Translations under genes and position numbers: made by a program
Shown: piece by piece, positions 19,295 to 30,200 of the stretch
How the letters are laid out: the number at the start of each line of letters is the position of its first letter
Position numbering within the stretch: position 1 is the stretch's first letter
Notes under the pieces: generated by a model
The model's database searches: none
Told to the model about the DNA's origin: nothing
The model's input: the letters and a program-made list of their open reading frames with translations, nothing else
Virus record (IMG/VR): IMGVR_UViG_3300012922_000006
Coordinates: 1-64,000 of that record
From: a virus
DNA: 64,000 nucleotides
Strand: one strand, 5' to 3'

Positions 19295-19920
19295 TCACGT
19301 GATGCGCTCCCATGGGAAGAAGAAGCAGAAGCACTCGTTGCATCGCGCCTGCCTCTCACCACGCTTCCGCGCTTCCTCCGCCTTCTCGTGCCACTCGTTG
19401 TAGGGGAGCTTCTCCGTCTTCGGGATGTGGTCGACGCACTTCATGTGCGCGCTCACGTCGCCGCCTTCGCGACCGCCTCCGCGAGGCTCGCCTTCTCGCG
19501 CTCGTGCCTCGCCGTGCACGTCGGGCAGCGCCAGTCCTCGCGCGCGGCGCCCATCAGCGTGGGGACGACCTCGCGCGTCCAGCCCCCGCCCTTCGCGTCG
19601 CGCCGGAGCAGTAGCTCCTCACTCTTGATCGACGAGTCCGGGTGGGCGCCCCTGCCGACGCGCTCCCAGAACTCGCAGCCGGGACCCACGCACACGATCG
19701 TCCTCGCCTCGTAGACGGTGCTCATGCTCCTCGAGATGCCGCTCTCCCCTCAGTCCTCGCCGACGCCGACGAGGTCCACGTCCTCCCCGGGAGCCACGTC
19801 GCTGGGCCGCACGCCCATCGCGTAGAGGTCGAGAGCACTGAGGCTCTCCGCGACGCCCCCGTCCTCTGAGTCCGGTGGGGGCGGGCACGGCGTCGTCTTC
19901 GCGGCTTCGATCATGTCCAT
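19295..19920 (-). other. three small hypothetical genes (19295-19456, 19453-19725, 19750-19920), two with CxxC motifs
   Basis: Tiling, GTGA overlap, CGGCATC starts at 19725 and 19920. Confidence 0.5.
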
Positions 19921-19940
19921 ACCCCTAGCGGATGCCGGAC

Positions 19941-20025
19941 GACGTCGTCACGGAGTCCTCCCCGAGGAGCACCGCGCGTGCGCCCGCCCGTATGACGTCG
20001 TCACGGAGTCCTCCCCGAGGAGCAC
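19941..20025. repeat. 32-bp exact direct repeat (19941-19972 and 19994-20025)
   Basis: GACGTCGTCACGGAGTCCTCCCCGAGGAGCAC twice. Confidence 0.95.
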
Positions 20026-20535
20026 GACATTGCCGCAGACGCCGCACGTCCAGAGGGGGTCCATGCGCGGCTGACTCGCGCGCGGGGGCACCGTCCCGTC
20101 GACGCCGGGCTTCCTCGGCGGGAACCCAACGGAGCGCATGCAGTTCACGTGGGCCAGCTCGTTGCCGGTCACCGGTAGCCCGCAGAGGATGCAGTTCCCG
20201 GTGATCGTCGCCCTCGGCATCGGGTTCGCATACGTCCCGCCCATCGCGTCGCGGATCGCGTCCTCGAGACCGCGCCATTGTCGTCTTGGCGGTGGCTCGG
20301 GGCGCTGCACCGGCACCCAGCCTGGACTCGCGGGCGGCTGCGTCGGGGGAGGTGGCGGGGGAGCAGGCTGCTGCTCCGCGGGCACCGCGAAGTTGATCTT
20401 CACGCCCCACTCGCGGCACTTCCGGAAGAGCAGCATCGCCGCGGTGCGCGCCTCGTTCTCCTCCGTGCTCCCCGTCTCCACGTCGCGCGAGGCCAGCGCG
20501 AAGAGGCGCTGGAGGACCTGCATCTTCTTGCTCAC
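19948..20535 (-). CDS. hypothetical protein, DUF2786-like N-terminus and Zn-finger C-terminus
   Basis: LQRLFALA...ENEARTA; CxxC..H pairs; GTG start with CGGCATCC-N8. Confidence 0.5.
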   Translation of the reverse strand: MSKKMQVLQRLFALASRDVETGSTEENEARTAAMLLFRKCREWGVKINFAVPAEQQPAPPPPPPTQPPASPGWVPVQRPEPPPRRQWRGLEDAIRDAMGGTYANPMPRATITGNCILCGLPVTGNELAHVNCMRSVGFPPRKPGVDGTVPPRASQPRMDPLWTCGVCGNVVLLGEDSVTTSYGRAHARCSSGRTP

Positions 20536-21083
20536 GACCCCGCGGATGCCGCCATGTACGCGTGCACGCGCGCGAGGAACTCCCCGTCGTCGAGGTCGAC
20601 GAACCGGCAGGGCCACTCGGTGGCGCCGAGGAGGTGGGCAGCAGTTAGCCTGTTATTTCCGTCCCAGAGGCAGTTCACCTCGCTGCACCTGATGATGATC
20701 GGGTGGTCGATGAAGCCCCCGTGGTCTGGGTCGCGCACGCCCGGCGGCGAGCATCCACCCTGCATCACGTACGCGCGCACCGTCGACTTCGTCACCGTGT
20801 GCTGGAGGCTGACGATGTGGTCCAGCCGCACGGGCACCACGGGCGCACACTCGATGGCCGCGTGGATCACCTCGTTCGGGAACTGCTGCTTGATGAAGCC
20901 CCGGTCCACGAAGCCGAACGGGTGGAGGAAGTGCTGCGTCCTGCCCGGCGCCGGCGGGGTCGCGTCGAGCCTAGCCAGCGCCGCCCCCACGCGCACGCCG
21001 TCGAGCTGGTCGCACCACGACGCGAAGTCGAGGCCCGGGCCTCGACTCGGCCCCCCGTCCTCCGCCCAGTCCGCGAGGCTCAC
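20532..21083 (-). CDS. ParB/Srx-like domain protein
   Basis: IVSLQHTV...PIII...LWDGNNRLTAA motif. Confidence 0.6.
   Translation of the reverse strand: MSLADWAEDGGPSRGPGLDFASWCDQLDGVRVGAALARLDATPPAPGRTQHFLHPFGFVDRGFIKQQFPNEVIHAAIECAPVVPVRLDHIVSLQHTVTKSTVRAYVMQGGCSPPGVRDPDHGGFIDHPIIIRCSEVNCLWDGNNRLTAAHLLGATEWPCRFVDLDDGEFLARVHAYMAASAGS
21026..21047. repeat. 22-bp palindrome, copy 5 (inside the ParB-like CDS)
   Basis: Exact copy; read as SRGPGLD. Confidence 0.98.
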
Positions 21084-21970
21084 TCCTCACCCTCTCGCCC
21101 GCGCGCGGCGCCCACCACCGCGCCGGCACCCTCCTTCACCGCCACCCTGGCAGCCTCGCCGAGCCCGCCCTCGCCGAGCGCCGCGTCCTCCACGCGACCC
21201 ACGCGCTCACCCGCGCCCTCGAGCTTCTCCCTGGCACCCTCGAGCTTCTCCCCGAGCCACTTGCCGATGCCCCCACCCTCGCCGTGGCCCCCCTCCTTGC
21301 CCTCCTTCTTCTCTCCGCCCTCCTTCGCCGCCTTCTCGCGGAGCGCGTCGCGCAGCGACCCCGTGGCACCCACGCCGTGCTTCGCGCGCAGCTCCTGCAC
21401 CATCGCGTGCGCCTGCTCGTGCGTGACGCCGAGCTTCGACATGAGCTTCTTGTCGCTCATCTTCGGGCCGGCGATCAGCTTCTCCATGTCCGCGAGCTTC
21501 GCCTCGTGCGCCGACTTCGCATTGTCGTTGCCCGGCGCCTTCTCCGGGACCTTCGGCGACGCGCTCGCTGCCCTGGGCTCTTCCGCCTTCGGCCCGCGGT
21601 CGACGCCGGCGTGGTGCTCGAGGCCCTCGGTGATCGGGTGCACCGCGCGCACCGCAGCCTTCTCCACCTCGCGCTCCACGTCCGCCTTGACCTGGTGCGC
21701 GGCCGCGCGCGCCTCGTGGTGCGCCGCCTGCGCCAGGTGCTCGCTCCTGCGCGTGGGGTCGGCCTCCTTGTCCGCCTCCGCCCTGCGCGCCGCCGCGGCG
21801 GCCTTGTGCTCAGCCACCTTGCCCTCGTGGCCGCCCGCCTTCTCCGACGCCTCGCCCGCCACGCGCGCGGTCGCGCCGGTCAGCCCCGCGTGGCTGGGGG
21901 CGCCGCCGCCCCCGTCGGTGAACTTGCCGGCCTCGTCGCGCGGGTGCGCGGCCTCGTCGAACTCCGCCAT
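21080..21970 (-). CDS. Ala/Glu/Lys/His-rich protein with N-terminal FDExxHPRDxxGKF motif, possible internal virion protein
   Basis: MAEFDEAAHPRDEAGKFT; TACCCT-N6-ATG. Confidence 0.6.
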   Translation of the reverse strand: MAEFDEAAHPRDEAGKFTDGGGGAPSHAGLTGATARVAGEASEKAGGHEGKVAEHKAAAAARRAEADKEADPTRRSEHLAQAAHHEARAAAHQVKADVEREVEKAAVRAVHPITEGLEHHAGVDRGPKAEEPRAASASPKVPEKAPGNDNAKSAHEAKLADMEKLIAGPKMSDKKLMSKLGVTHEQAHAMVQELRAKHGVGATGSLRDALREKAAKEGGEKKEGKEGGHGEGGGIGKWLGEKLEGAREKLEGAGERVGRVEDAALGEGGLGEAARVAVKEGAGAVVGAARGREGEE

Positions 21971-22169
21971 GCGGCGAGGGTAGCGCGAACAGGCCGGCGT
22001 CTTGCCCTTGGACCACGCAGGGGGCGTGCGCTGCGCCCCCTCATCTGCGGCGGGACTCGGACCCGCATCTCCGGCACCCCGCGGATGCCGTCTATCAGTC
22101 GAACGGAGGCCCCTCGTCCGGGATCCCCGAGTGCTCGCCCGCGGGCGTCGCGCTTCTTCTGGCTGGCCA

Positions 22170-22367
22170 TCACGCGCGCCCGATCTGCTCGCGCAACTCG
22201 TGGACCTCGTCCGCCAGCCTGTCGACCTGCGCCTGGAGGTCCTGCACCTCCGCCTTCAGCGCCTCGTGCTCCTCGGGGGAGACGACGGGCTGCGGCGCGT
22301 GCGACCTCGCCTCGAGCCTGCGAACCCTGTCCTCGATCGTCCAGTACCGGTTGTCGTCGACGCTCAT
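22170..22367 (-). CDS. small coiled-coil protein
   Basis: CGGCATCC-N9-ATG. Confidence 0.55.
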   Translation of the reverse strand: MSVDDNRYWTIEDRVRRLEARSHAPQPVVSPEEHEALKAEVQDLQAQVDRLADEVHELREQIGRA

Positions 22368-22390
22368 GCCCCCGACGGATGCCGGGGCGG

Positions 22391-22633
22391 CTAACCCTTC
22401 GCGGCGATGAGCGCGGCCGCGATCGGGTTCGTCTTCGGGTCCACGCCGAGCGCCTTGTGCTTCTTCGCCGCCTTCGCGTGCTTCTTCGCGACGGAGGGCA
22501 GGCCCGCCTTGAACGAGGCCTTCGCGGCTGCGTCGTGCGCCTTCGCAGCCGCCTTGTGGTCGGCGGCGTCCCCGCTGTCCTCCGCCTTGTCACTCGCCCT
22601 CTGCGCGAACGCGCACGCCGCCGGATTGTCCAT
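22391..22633 (-). CDS. small Ala/Lys/His-rich protein
   Basis: HKAAAKAH..AA / HAKAAKKH; TAGCCT-N7-ATG. Confidence 0.6.
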   Translation of the reverse strand: MDNPAACAFAQRASDKAEDSGDAADHKAAAKAHDAAAKASFKAGLPSVAKKHAKAAKKHKALGVDPKTNPIAAALIAAKG

Positions 22634-22643
22634 GCACGAGAGG

Positions 22644-23336
22644 CTAGCGCGGGAATCGCTCCCACGGATGGGCGAGCTTGTTCAGGCAGGAGCACCCGAC
22701 GAGGTGCGGGACACCGACCTCGACGACCTCCACACCTTCGCGCTCGAGCAGGGGGACCAATTCCGCGATCCACGCCGAGTTGAACTTCGCCTTGAGTTGA
22801 TCGACGCGGACCTGCTCCACGACCTTGTGCGCACCCAGGCCCTCGCGCTCGAAGACGGTGAGCACCGACACCGAGTCTTCCTTCCCGAGGTCCACGCCCA
22901 GGAAAGGAGGGAGTACGTCAGCGGGGAGCAGGTCGACGTCGACGAGACCATCGACGTACATCTCGAACGAGCGCTCGACCTCCATCACGAGCGCGCGGGC
23001 ACGCTGCACCTCGCACGACTCGAGGAACCGGGAGCGCCACGGCTCGAACAGCGAGCACGCGATGAACTCCGCGTGCTCCTTCTCGAACGCGAGCAGCCCG
23101 TAGACGTTGTCGTGCGGGTGCTTCTTGCACTCGCGCTCGAGCGTCGTCGCGCTGATGAACGAGTTACTCGACCGAGCGACGGAGACGAGGTCCTCCTTGA
23201 GCAGCACGCCCGGGAGGAGCACCAGCCGCGCCCTCTCGTCGACGCGCGCCACCTCGCCGCAGAGCCGGCCCTCCGTGGGCAGCTCGCAGTGGGTGCCCCG
23301 CCCGATCCCGCGCCCGCACGACTGGCACCGCTTCAT
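22644..23336 (-). CDS. hypothetical protein
   Basis: CGGCATAC-N9-ATG; N-terminal CxxC. Confidence 0.55.
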   Translation of the reverse strand: MKRCQSCGRGIGRGTHCELPTEGRLCGEVARVDERARLVLLPGVLLKEDLVSVARSSNSFISATTLERECKKHPHDNVYGLLAFEKEHAEFIACSLFEPWRSRFLESCEVQRARALVMEVERSFEMYVDGLVDVDLLPADVLPPFLGVDLGKEDSVSVLTVFEREGLGAHKVVEQVRVDQLKAKFNSAWIAELVPLLEREGVEVVEVGVPHLVGCSCLNKLAHPWERFPR

Positions 23337-23347
23337 GGCGGAGCAGT

Positions 23348-26300
23348 ATGCCGCCTCACGTCACGCGCTTCGCCTTCAACTCGATCCGCGACGGCGCGAC
23401 CTCGTACACGTCGCTGTTCCCCATCTCGTCCTCGACGCGCACGCGCACCGGCTCGAACATCCTGTCGACGGGACGACACATGCGGACGACGAACATCTCG
23501 GCGGCGAGGAGCGGCGAGTCCGCCTCCTCCGAGGTGCTGCACGGGCGCGCGTCCCACTCCTTCCAGACGCGGAACCTCACTCGCGACCCTGCTCCCGATC
23601 GAGTCGCCTCAGCTCCGACGCCTCGTACTCCTCGAGTCCCAGGCGCGACTTCAGCGTGCCCACCTCGCGCCTGAGCGCCGGCACGTCGCTGGGCTCCCCG
23701 GGCGCGCGCGGCGACGGCGGGACGCTCACCACGAACGGGTCGCCGACCGCCTGCACGGAGGCCACGGGGACTGTCCCCGAAGTCGAGGCCAGGGCCTCGA
23801 CTTGCCCCGGCTCGACGACCTGCACCTCCGCGAGCGGCACCGCCTCGCCCCCGACCAGCAGCGCCACGCCGCACGCCTTCACGGCGTCGCCGCGCCACGC
23901 ACCCTCGTCGCAGAAGTCGTTCCACCCAGAGTCTGGCTGGCCCCCGTTCCGCTCCGCGTCCAGCTCCACCCAGCGCAGCCACCGGTCGACGAGCTGCCCC
24001 GAGACGACCACCCTCGTCCTGACGCCGTACCTCACGTCTCGGCCCCGTCCGAGACGACCTCGGCACTCCTGAAGACCACCGCCTCTCCCTCGCCGAGGAA
24101 CTGCGCGAGCCCGCGCGCCTGCACCTCGGTCCCCGTCCACTTGCCCGGGTCGCTGTCGCTGGACCAGGACGCGGGCGTCAGCGTCGTCGCCTCCTGGAGC
24201 CACGCACCGTCCGCGCGCAGCACGCCCCACTCCTCCACGGACCCCAGCTCCCAGACCTCGATCCGGTACGGCTCCGGCAAGACGAGCAGTCGCGCGTCGG
24301 GCCCGAGCGTCGCCCGCAGCGCGTCGACGTCGACCGGGTCGATGCCATCGCCGACCGGGTACCGGAGCACGACGAGAGTGGTCGCGTCCCCCGACAGTGC
24401 CCCGCGCACGACGCACGCCGCCGAGCCGCCACCCTCGCGGACCTCCTGCTCGCAGACCCTCAGCTCCAACCGCCTGTTGCTCATGTCCCCGCGGATGCCG
24501 CTACGGGACGGGGATGCCTTCCCGAACGCACCACCCGAGCATGTGACCGCGACACCTGAGGACCAGCGCGCGACCGGACGCGTCCGACCGAAACGCCGAG
24601 ACCTCCTCGAAGTGCTCCGGGTCGTCGAAGAGCTGCACCCCGGCGAGGGTGACGAACGTGTCCGTCACCGTGTCGATGAACGCGAACGGCCCATAGTGCC
24701 CGTCTGGGAAGAGCCAGTAGGCCTCGCGCAGGTCGCAGAAGCGGATCACCGCGCGCCCCGGCACTCGCACGCGACGAGGTTGCCCCACTCGTCATCGGCG
24801 TAGCGCGCGACCCCCGCGTCGCCGCAGACCGACTTGCACCTCGCCGCGGCCACGTCCCTCTGGTTCACCACGGGCTCGCCACTCGACGCGAGCTTGAGCC
24901 CACCGGCGACGACGATGACGACCAGGAAGAAGCCGATCACACCGAGCAGCACCTCGACGTGGTCGTGGACCCTGGGCAGCCTCACGTCCGCCTCGCCGTG
25001 CCGAGCTGGTCGCGCACGACCCTCGCGCACCTGCTGCACAGGTCGTGCGCCCTCCCCGACTCGACCTCCACCGCCGCGAACCCCTCGTCCTGCGCCCTGC
25101 TGCGCGTGTACGAGTCGCGGTCCGCACCCTCCGAAGAACCGTGGGTGAACGCGCCAGACTTCGCACCGCACTTGTCGCAGACGACGCGCGCGGACTGCAC
25201 CATCTCGATGCTCACGTCCCCTCCAGCAGGCGCACGAGTAAGGACCGGATCTGGTCTCGCGCGCGGGGCGGGCGCGGTGCCGACTGCGCGTGCTGCCACG
25301 CCTGGATCCTGCCCAGCTTGTGGTCGAGCACGTCGACCAGGTCCTTCAGCAGCGCGACCTCGCTCCTGAGCCCCTCGTCCCTCTCGCGCACGTCGCGCGC
25401 CTCGCTCGCGACGTAGGCCTGCAGCCGCGCGTACGCCTGCCGCACCTCGGCCATGTCCACGACCGGTACCGGCGTGTCCTGCGGCCCGCTCTCGCGCGGC
25501 GCACCCTGCACGCTCGCCTCCTCGATCCTCGTGGTCGGGTCTTCGTCCGTCGGCATGCGGAGCTTCGTCGCTCGTGCCTCAGGTACCGGACCCCGGTGCT
25601 GCTTCGCCGTCTTGCTCACGTCACCTCTCCGATCTTCCGCAGGAGTCGCGTCCGGAACCACGCGTCGTCGTCCTGCTTCCCGTCGAGCAGCTCGCGCTTC
25701 ATCCCGAGGGCGAGCGCGAAGGCCGCCGCGTCGAGCGCCTTGCCGCGGAGAACCGGGACGAGCTTCACCAGCATCTCGCGCTCCCCGTCGACCACGCACT
25801 CGAGGACGAGCCGCGTGAGCGCGTCCCAGTTCGGCGACGTGCGGACGTCCTCGCCGAGTCGGTCGACGTGGCGCGCAACGCGCTCGCTCTTGACGACGAG
25901 GTCCTCGACCCTCAGCTGCACCGACGCCTGCAGCTCGCCGAGGAGGTGCCGCAGCTCCGTCATCCGCGGGTCGGGCACCACGCTCTGCGGGCCAGCGGGG
26001 TGGTCGAGGACGTCCTCGACGCGCAGCCCCCTGCGCTCCGCCATGCGCGCGACCACCTTCCGGAACTTCAGCACCTCGCGGAGCCTCGCCTCCGCAGACC
26101 TCGCGTCGATCGTCTTCCCCCTGCTGCTCCTCTTCACCTTGCTCATCGACTCTTCCTCCTGAGGACGACGACCTCCGCCCCACCCCCGTACTCGTCCGCC
26201 GAGCCCGCGAAGAAGTCCGCCAGCTCGCGCAGCTTGTTCGCGAGGTCGAACTGCGCCGACCCGTCCCCGGCGCACCGGACGTGCACCATCGTCAGCGCGT

Positions 26301-26409
26301 CCCCGTACATGTTCGCGTCGACGCCCCTGTACTTCACCCGCACGCTCATCTGCCCGACGAGGACCGGCGGGAGCGCGGGAGCGGGAGCCTTCTTCTTCGC
26401 CTTGCTCAT
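23348..26409 (-). other. tiled small hypothetical genes (e.g. 23577-24035, 24032-24484, ~24501-24750, 25212-~25619, 25616-~26146, 26143-26409)
   Basis: ATGA/GTGA overlaps; CGGCATCC starts at 24484 and 26409; no recognisable domains. Confidence 0.45.
23781..23802. repeat. 22-bp palindrome, copy 6 (single central C>A at 23791; inside a CDS)
   Basis: AGTCGAGGCCAGGGCCTCGACT; read as VEALAST. Confidence 0.95.
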
Positions 26410-26465
26410 GTCGCCTCGGATGCCGGCACCCGAGCGTCTTCTCCATGCCCCCGCAGATGCCGCCC

Positions 26466-26820
26466 TCAGCGGAGGATGAACACGTCGACGCGCCTGCCCC
26501 CGTGCTCCCAGACCTCGACCCACTTCTCGTCGACGCTGCCCATGCGCCGCCACGCCGCGAGCACGAAGGTTCGATCGAAGCGCATCGTCATGCCCGCGTT
26601 CCTGAGCGCGGCCCGCAGCTCCTCGTCCCGCGTCGCCTCCGGCTCGTCTCGCGGCACCCGCAACGGGCAAGACGAGTAGGTCGAGATCCTTCGCGCTCGA
26701 CCCACGGTGCAGCACCGACCCGGCGATCCCGACGTGCCACCCCGCCGCGGTCGCGTGCTGCCCCACGTGCCTCGCGAACTCCACCGCCGACTCGAGCGTC
26801 CACACGACTGACCTAGCCAT
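26466..26820 (-). pseudogene. Pol-beta-superfamily nucleotidyltransferase-like gene with a +1 frameshift at ~26666
   Basis: GIAGSV...DLDLLV in one frame; C-terminal RVDVF in the next frame. Confidence 0.55.
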
Positions 26821-26839
26821 ACCCCGCGAGATGCCGCCG

Positions 26840-27019
26840 TCAGAAGGGCATGCGCCTCAGCGACTCGACGTAGTCCTCGACCGCGCGCTGGTCGTCATCC
26901 TTGGCGAGGGAGCGGAAGCCGCGCGCGTTGTCGCGCAGCTGCTTCGCACCCACCTCCATCGCCTTGGCTTCGCGCTCCATCCGCGTCGCCTCGGTGCGCA
27001 GCCACTTCCTCGCGTTCAT
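26840..27019 (-). CDS. small hypothetical protein
   Basis: CGGCATCT-N8-ATG. Confidence 0.55.
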   Translation of the reverse strand: MNARKWLRTEATRMEREAKAMEVGAKQLRDNARGFRSLAKDDDQRAVEDYVESLRRMPF

Positions 27020-27076
27020 GCCACGCGAGATGCCGCTCGCGCTTGATCGCCGGGGCGGGGAGCACACGATCGACGC

Positions 27077-27235
27077 ATGCTCGTCATCGGCGTCACCCTC
27101 CTCGTCGCGGTCGTCGGCCTGCTCCTCTACGCGCTCGCGTCCAACCCGAAGGTCGCGCGCATCGGGGAGCTGATGTTCTTCTGCGGCCTACTCGCGACGC
27201 TGCTCGCGATCCAGCACGTCGCGATCCGCATCTAG
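27077..27235 (+). CDS. 52-aa two-TM membrane protein (not in the ORF track)
   Basis: MLVIGVTLLVAVVGLLLYALASNPKVARIGELMFFCGLLATLLAIQHVAIRI; fills the gap between minus-strand genes. Confidence 0.65.
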   Translation: MLVIGVTLLVAVVGLLLYALASNPKVARIGELMFFCGLLATLLAIQHVAIRI

Positions 27236-30200
27236 TGCTCCTCGAGCCTGAGCGCGCGGTCGAGGCACTCGCGCGCCGGCGGCCGGCTGGTCCGCTTGCC
27301 GAGCTGCCGCCTCCTGCGCTCGTGGTCGAGGATGCTCCACGCCGCCCCCCGCACTCGCTCGGTGCGGCCCATCGTCAGCTCGTCGAGGTGGACCTCCTCA
27401 GCGACGTCGGGGTGCAGCGTCACGTAGTAGTGGGCACCGTCGAACATCGGGGCGTTCGCCCTCCTCAGTGCGTCGACTGCCGCGACCACCTGCTCGAGCG
27501 TGAAGACGTCCCCACTCACCGCTTCCCCGCCAGGCGCGCGGCGCGCTTCCTCTCGCGCTTCTCCTCCGCGACCGCCTGCTCCGGGCAGTGCGGACGTGAA
27601 TACGCCGACGCGAAGTCCATGGTCGCCACCTGGTCACGCTTCACGCCCGAGTTGAACGCCGCAAGCTTCTCGTAGTGCGCGTCCTCCGCCTCCTCACCCA
27701 TGGGCAGGGAGTCGAGTCGAGGCCCGGGCCTCGACTTCTCCTCCTCTCGCCTCCGCGGTGAGGGGAGGTCGATCCCGAGCATCGCGAGCACAAGTGCCGC
27801 GTGCATCGTCGAGAGGACGCGCCTGCCGCTCACGTCGACACCTCCGGAGGCGCGACCCTGCTCACGTACGTGACGAGCCACTTCGTCGCGACCGAGTCGA
27901 CTGCGGCGACGACGAGGCGTGCATGCGTCGCGAGGTCACCCCCTTGAACGCCGCGTCCTCCCAGCACGCGCGACCCACCTGCACGCTCGCCTCCGCGAGG
28001 TCGTCCGCGTGCACGCCCGCCTTCTCGAGCATCGCGATTATAACGGCGTCCACGACTGCGATGATCCTGTCCTCCTTGCTCACCGGCGCACCACCCGCGG
28101 CACCGCCTCGGGGTGCCTCGGCAGCTTGTCGATCAGCTGCCCCTGGCCGTCCGCCCTCGTCGCCTGCGCGTCGGGCTCCCAGAGCCTCAAGTCGTCGTGG
28201 TCGTTCGGCTCCGGGCGCGGCGCGCGGAACTCCGGCTTCATCTGCGACGGCTCGCTGTTGGGAGCGGCCCGCTGCTTCTGCGACGCCTGCGACCCCTGCC
28301 CGTCGACCACGCTCACCTTCCCGCTCGTCGCCTCGCTCGGCTCCACCGCCTGCTCGCCCTGCGGCGCCTGCGACGCGTCGGGCATCGACGACACGAAGCC
28401 GTTGAGCGCGCGCGTGACGCCCTTCTGGATCTGCACGGGGGCGTCGAACGCCTCCTCGCCCGTCGCCGTGTAGCGCTTCTGCCCGGGCGCGTGCGGGGCG
28501 GGCTGCTGGGCGCGCTGGTGGTAGCAGAACGGGCAGGACGTCGGGTTCATCTTGTGGGCGCAGTGCTGCGGCTTCGGCGGCTGGTTCATGCGGCGGAGCA
28601 TGCCGCCTGGACCGGGCACCCGTCGACGGGCGGTCCGCGCTCAGTGAATAAAGGCTTGCAAGGTCTCGGCAACGGCACCGTGGGCACGCGAGGATTGGGA
28701 GAGGCTCACCCTCGACGCGGACCACGGCGCACCCTGCGACTCGACCGCGCCACCCGCACCGCTTGCACGACCTCACTCAGAAGCTCTCGACGCCGACCAC
28801 GTCCGCACTCGTGTCGGGGATGGCGCTCGGCCCGTAATCCCACTCGACCTCGCGGACCTCGTACCCGAAGTGGTCGCGCAGCACGCGGCGGGCACTCCTG
28901 CCCTTCCTACCGCCGTACGCCCCGCGCCTCCCCCACTGCGCCTCCGTCCTGCCGCGGTACGTGGCCCTCCACTCCTCGGGTTCGAGGAAAAAGTGGGTCC
29001 CCGTGACGTGGTAGGCGAGGCCCTGCTCGGCGAGCGACTTGCGCACGAGGCGCCAGAGGGCGCGCCTCGCCTTCCGGACCGCGCGCCTGCGCAGCTTCTT
29101 CAGCCTCGACCTGTTCATGCGCGTGCGGATGCCGCGCGCTCACCACTCGAGGCGCACGACGTGCTCGCCGTACGGCACCGGGCGCTCGACGCGGCCCGCG
29201 TGCGCGCGCTCCGGGTGCGCGACGTACCTCGGGGGACAGTGGCGGGGCGGAGGCTCGTGCAGGGGGCCCAGGCGCAGCACGGCGCGCACCGCGTCCACGA
29301 AGTCGTAGAGCCGCTGCGCCTCGGGGAAGCAGCGCCGCCTGCGGCTCACGGCACCCGCTCCAGCCTCGCGCACTGGTAGCCGCGGTCCGTCCTCACGTAC
29401 TCACCGCCGCGCCGCTCGCAGTCCGCGCCCTCCTGGAACCGGTCCACCAGCCCGTACGCGACGGCGCCGATGACCGCCGTGATCAGCACGGCGAGGACTC
29501 CGACCTGCACGATCGCCCACGTCGACGCCAACCATGAGCTGAGGCGACGTCTGCGGTCCCGCTCGCGCAGGAGCCGGCGCTCGAGCGCGTCCACCTCCGA
29601 CCAGTCCTCGACGGGGTCCGGGGTGCGCTCCTGCGATCGGAACGGGTTCATGACGTCGGCACCCCCTTGTACGCGTCGAGCAGCTCCCTCAGCGTGGTCA
29701 CCCGCTTCGCCAGCACATCTGCGCGCTCCTGCTGGTACCTCAACTCCGCGCACGCCGACTCGCGGTGGTCCTGGATGATGCGCTCACGGTTCTGCGACGC
29801 CCTGAGCATCGCGTCCGCGCCGACGTACGCGGCCCAGTTCATGTCCGCGCGCGACTTCTCCGCCTCGAAGGCAGTGGTCGCGTTCTTCAGCTCCCACTCG
29901 AGTCGGGCGATGCGCCTGTCGAGGACCTCGAGCACGCACTCGTCGTCGAGGCGGGCCGCGTCCGCGTGCTCGATGAGGTTCACCGCGACCTCGCGAAGTA
30001 GACGCACGCCGCGACCACCGCGAGGAGCGCGAGCCCCGTGATCCCGATCCTCAGCCAGCTCGCCCACTCGTGACCGACCTCGACTACCCGCACGACGACC
30101 TCGCGCTTCCTCGGCGCGCTCGGCGCCGCGATCTCCCTGTCACCCGCCACCACCAGCAGCGCCGTCATGCCGAGCACCTCGTGCTCCACGCGCGTCGACG

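Noticed and set aside
19941-20025. Direct repeat as a DGR template/variable pair or an att site
   Set aside because: The copies are identical, with no adenine-specific differences, and no reverse transcriptase or integrase is in the window.
28656-28661. TTGCAA near an AT-rich patch as a fourth early promoter
   Set aside because: No TAnnnT at 16-18 nt on either strand.
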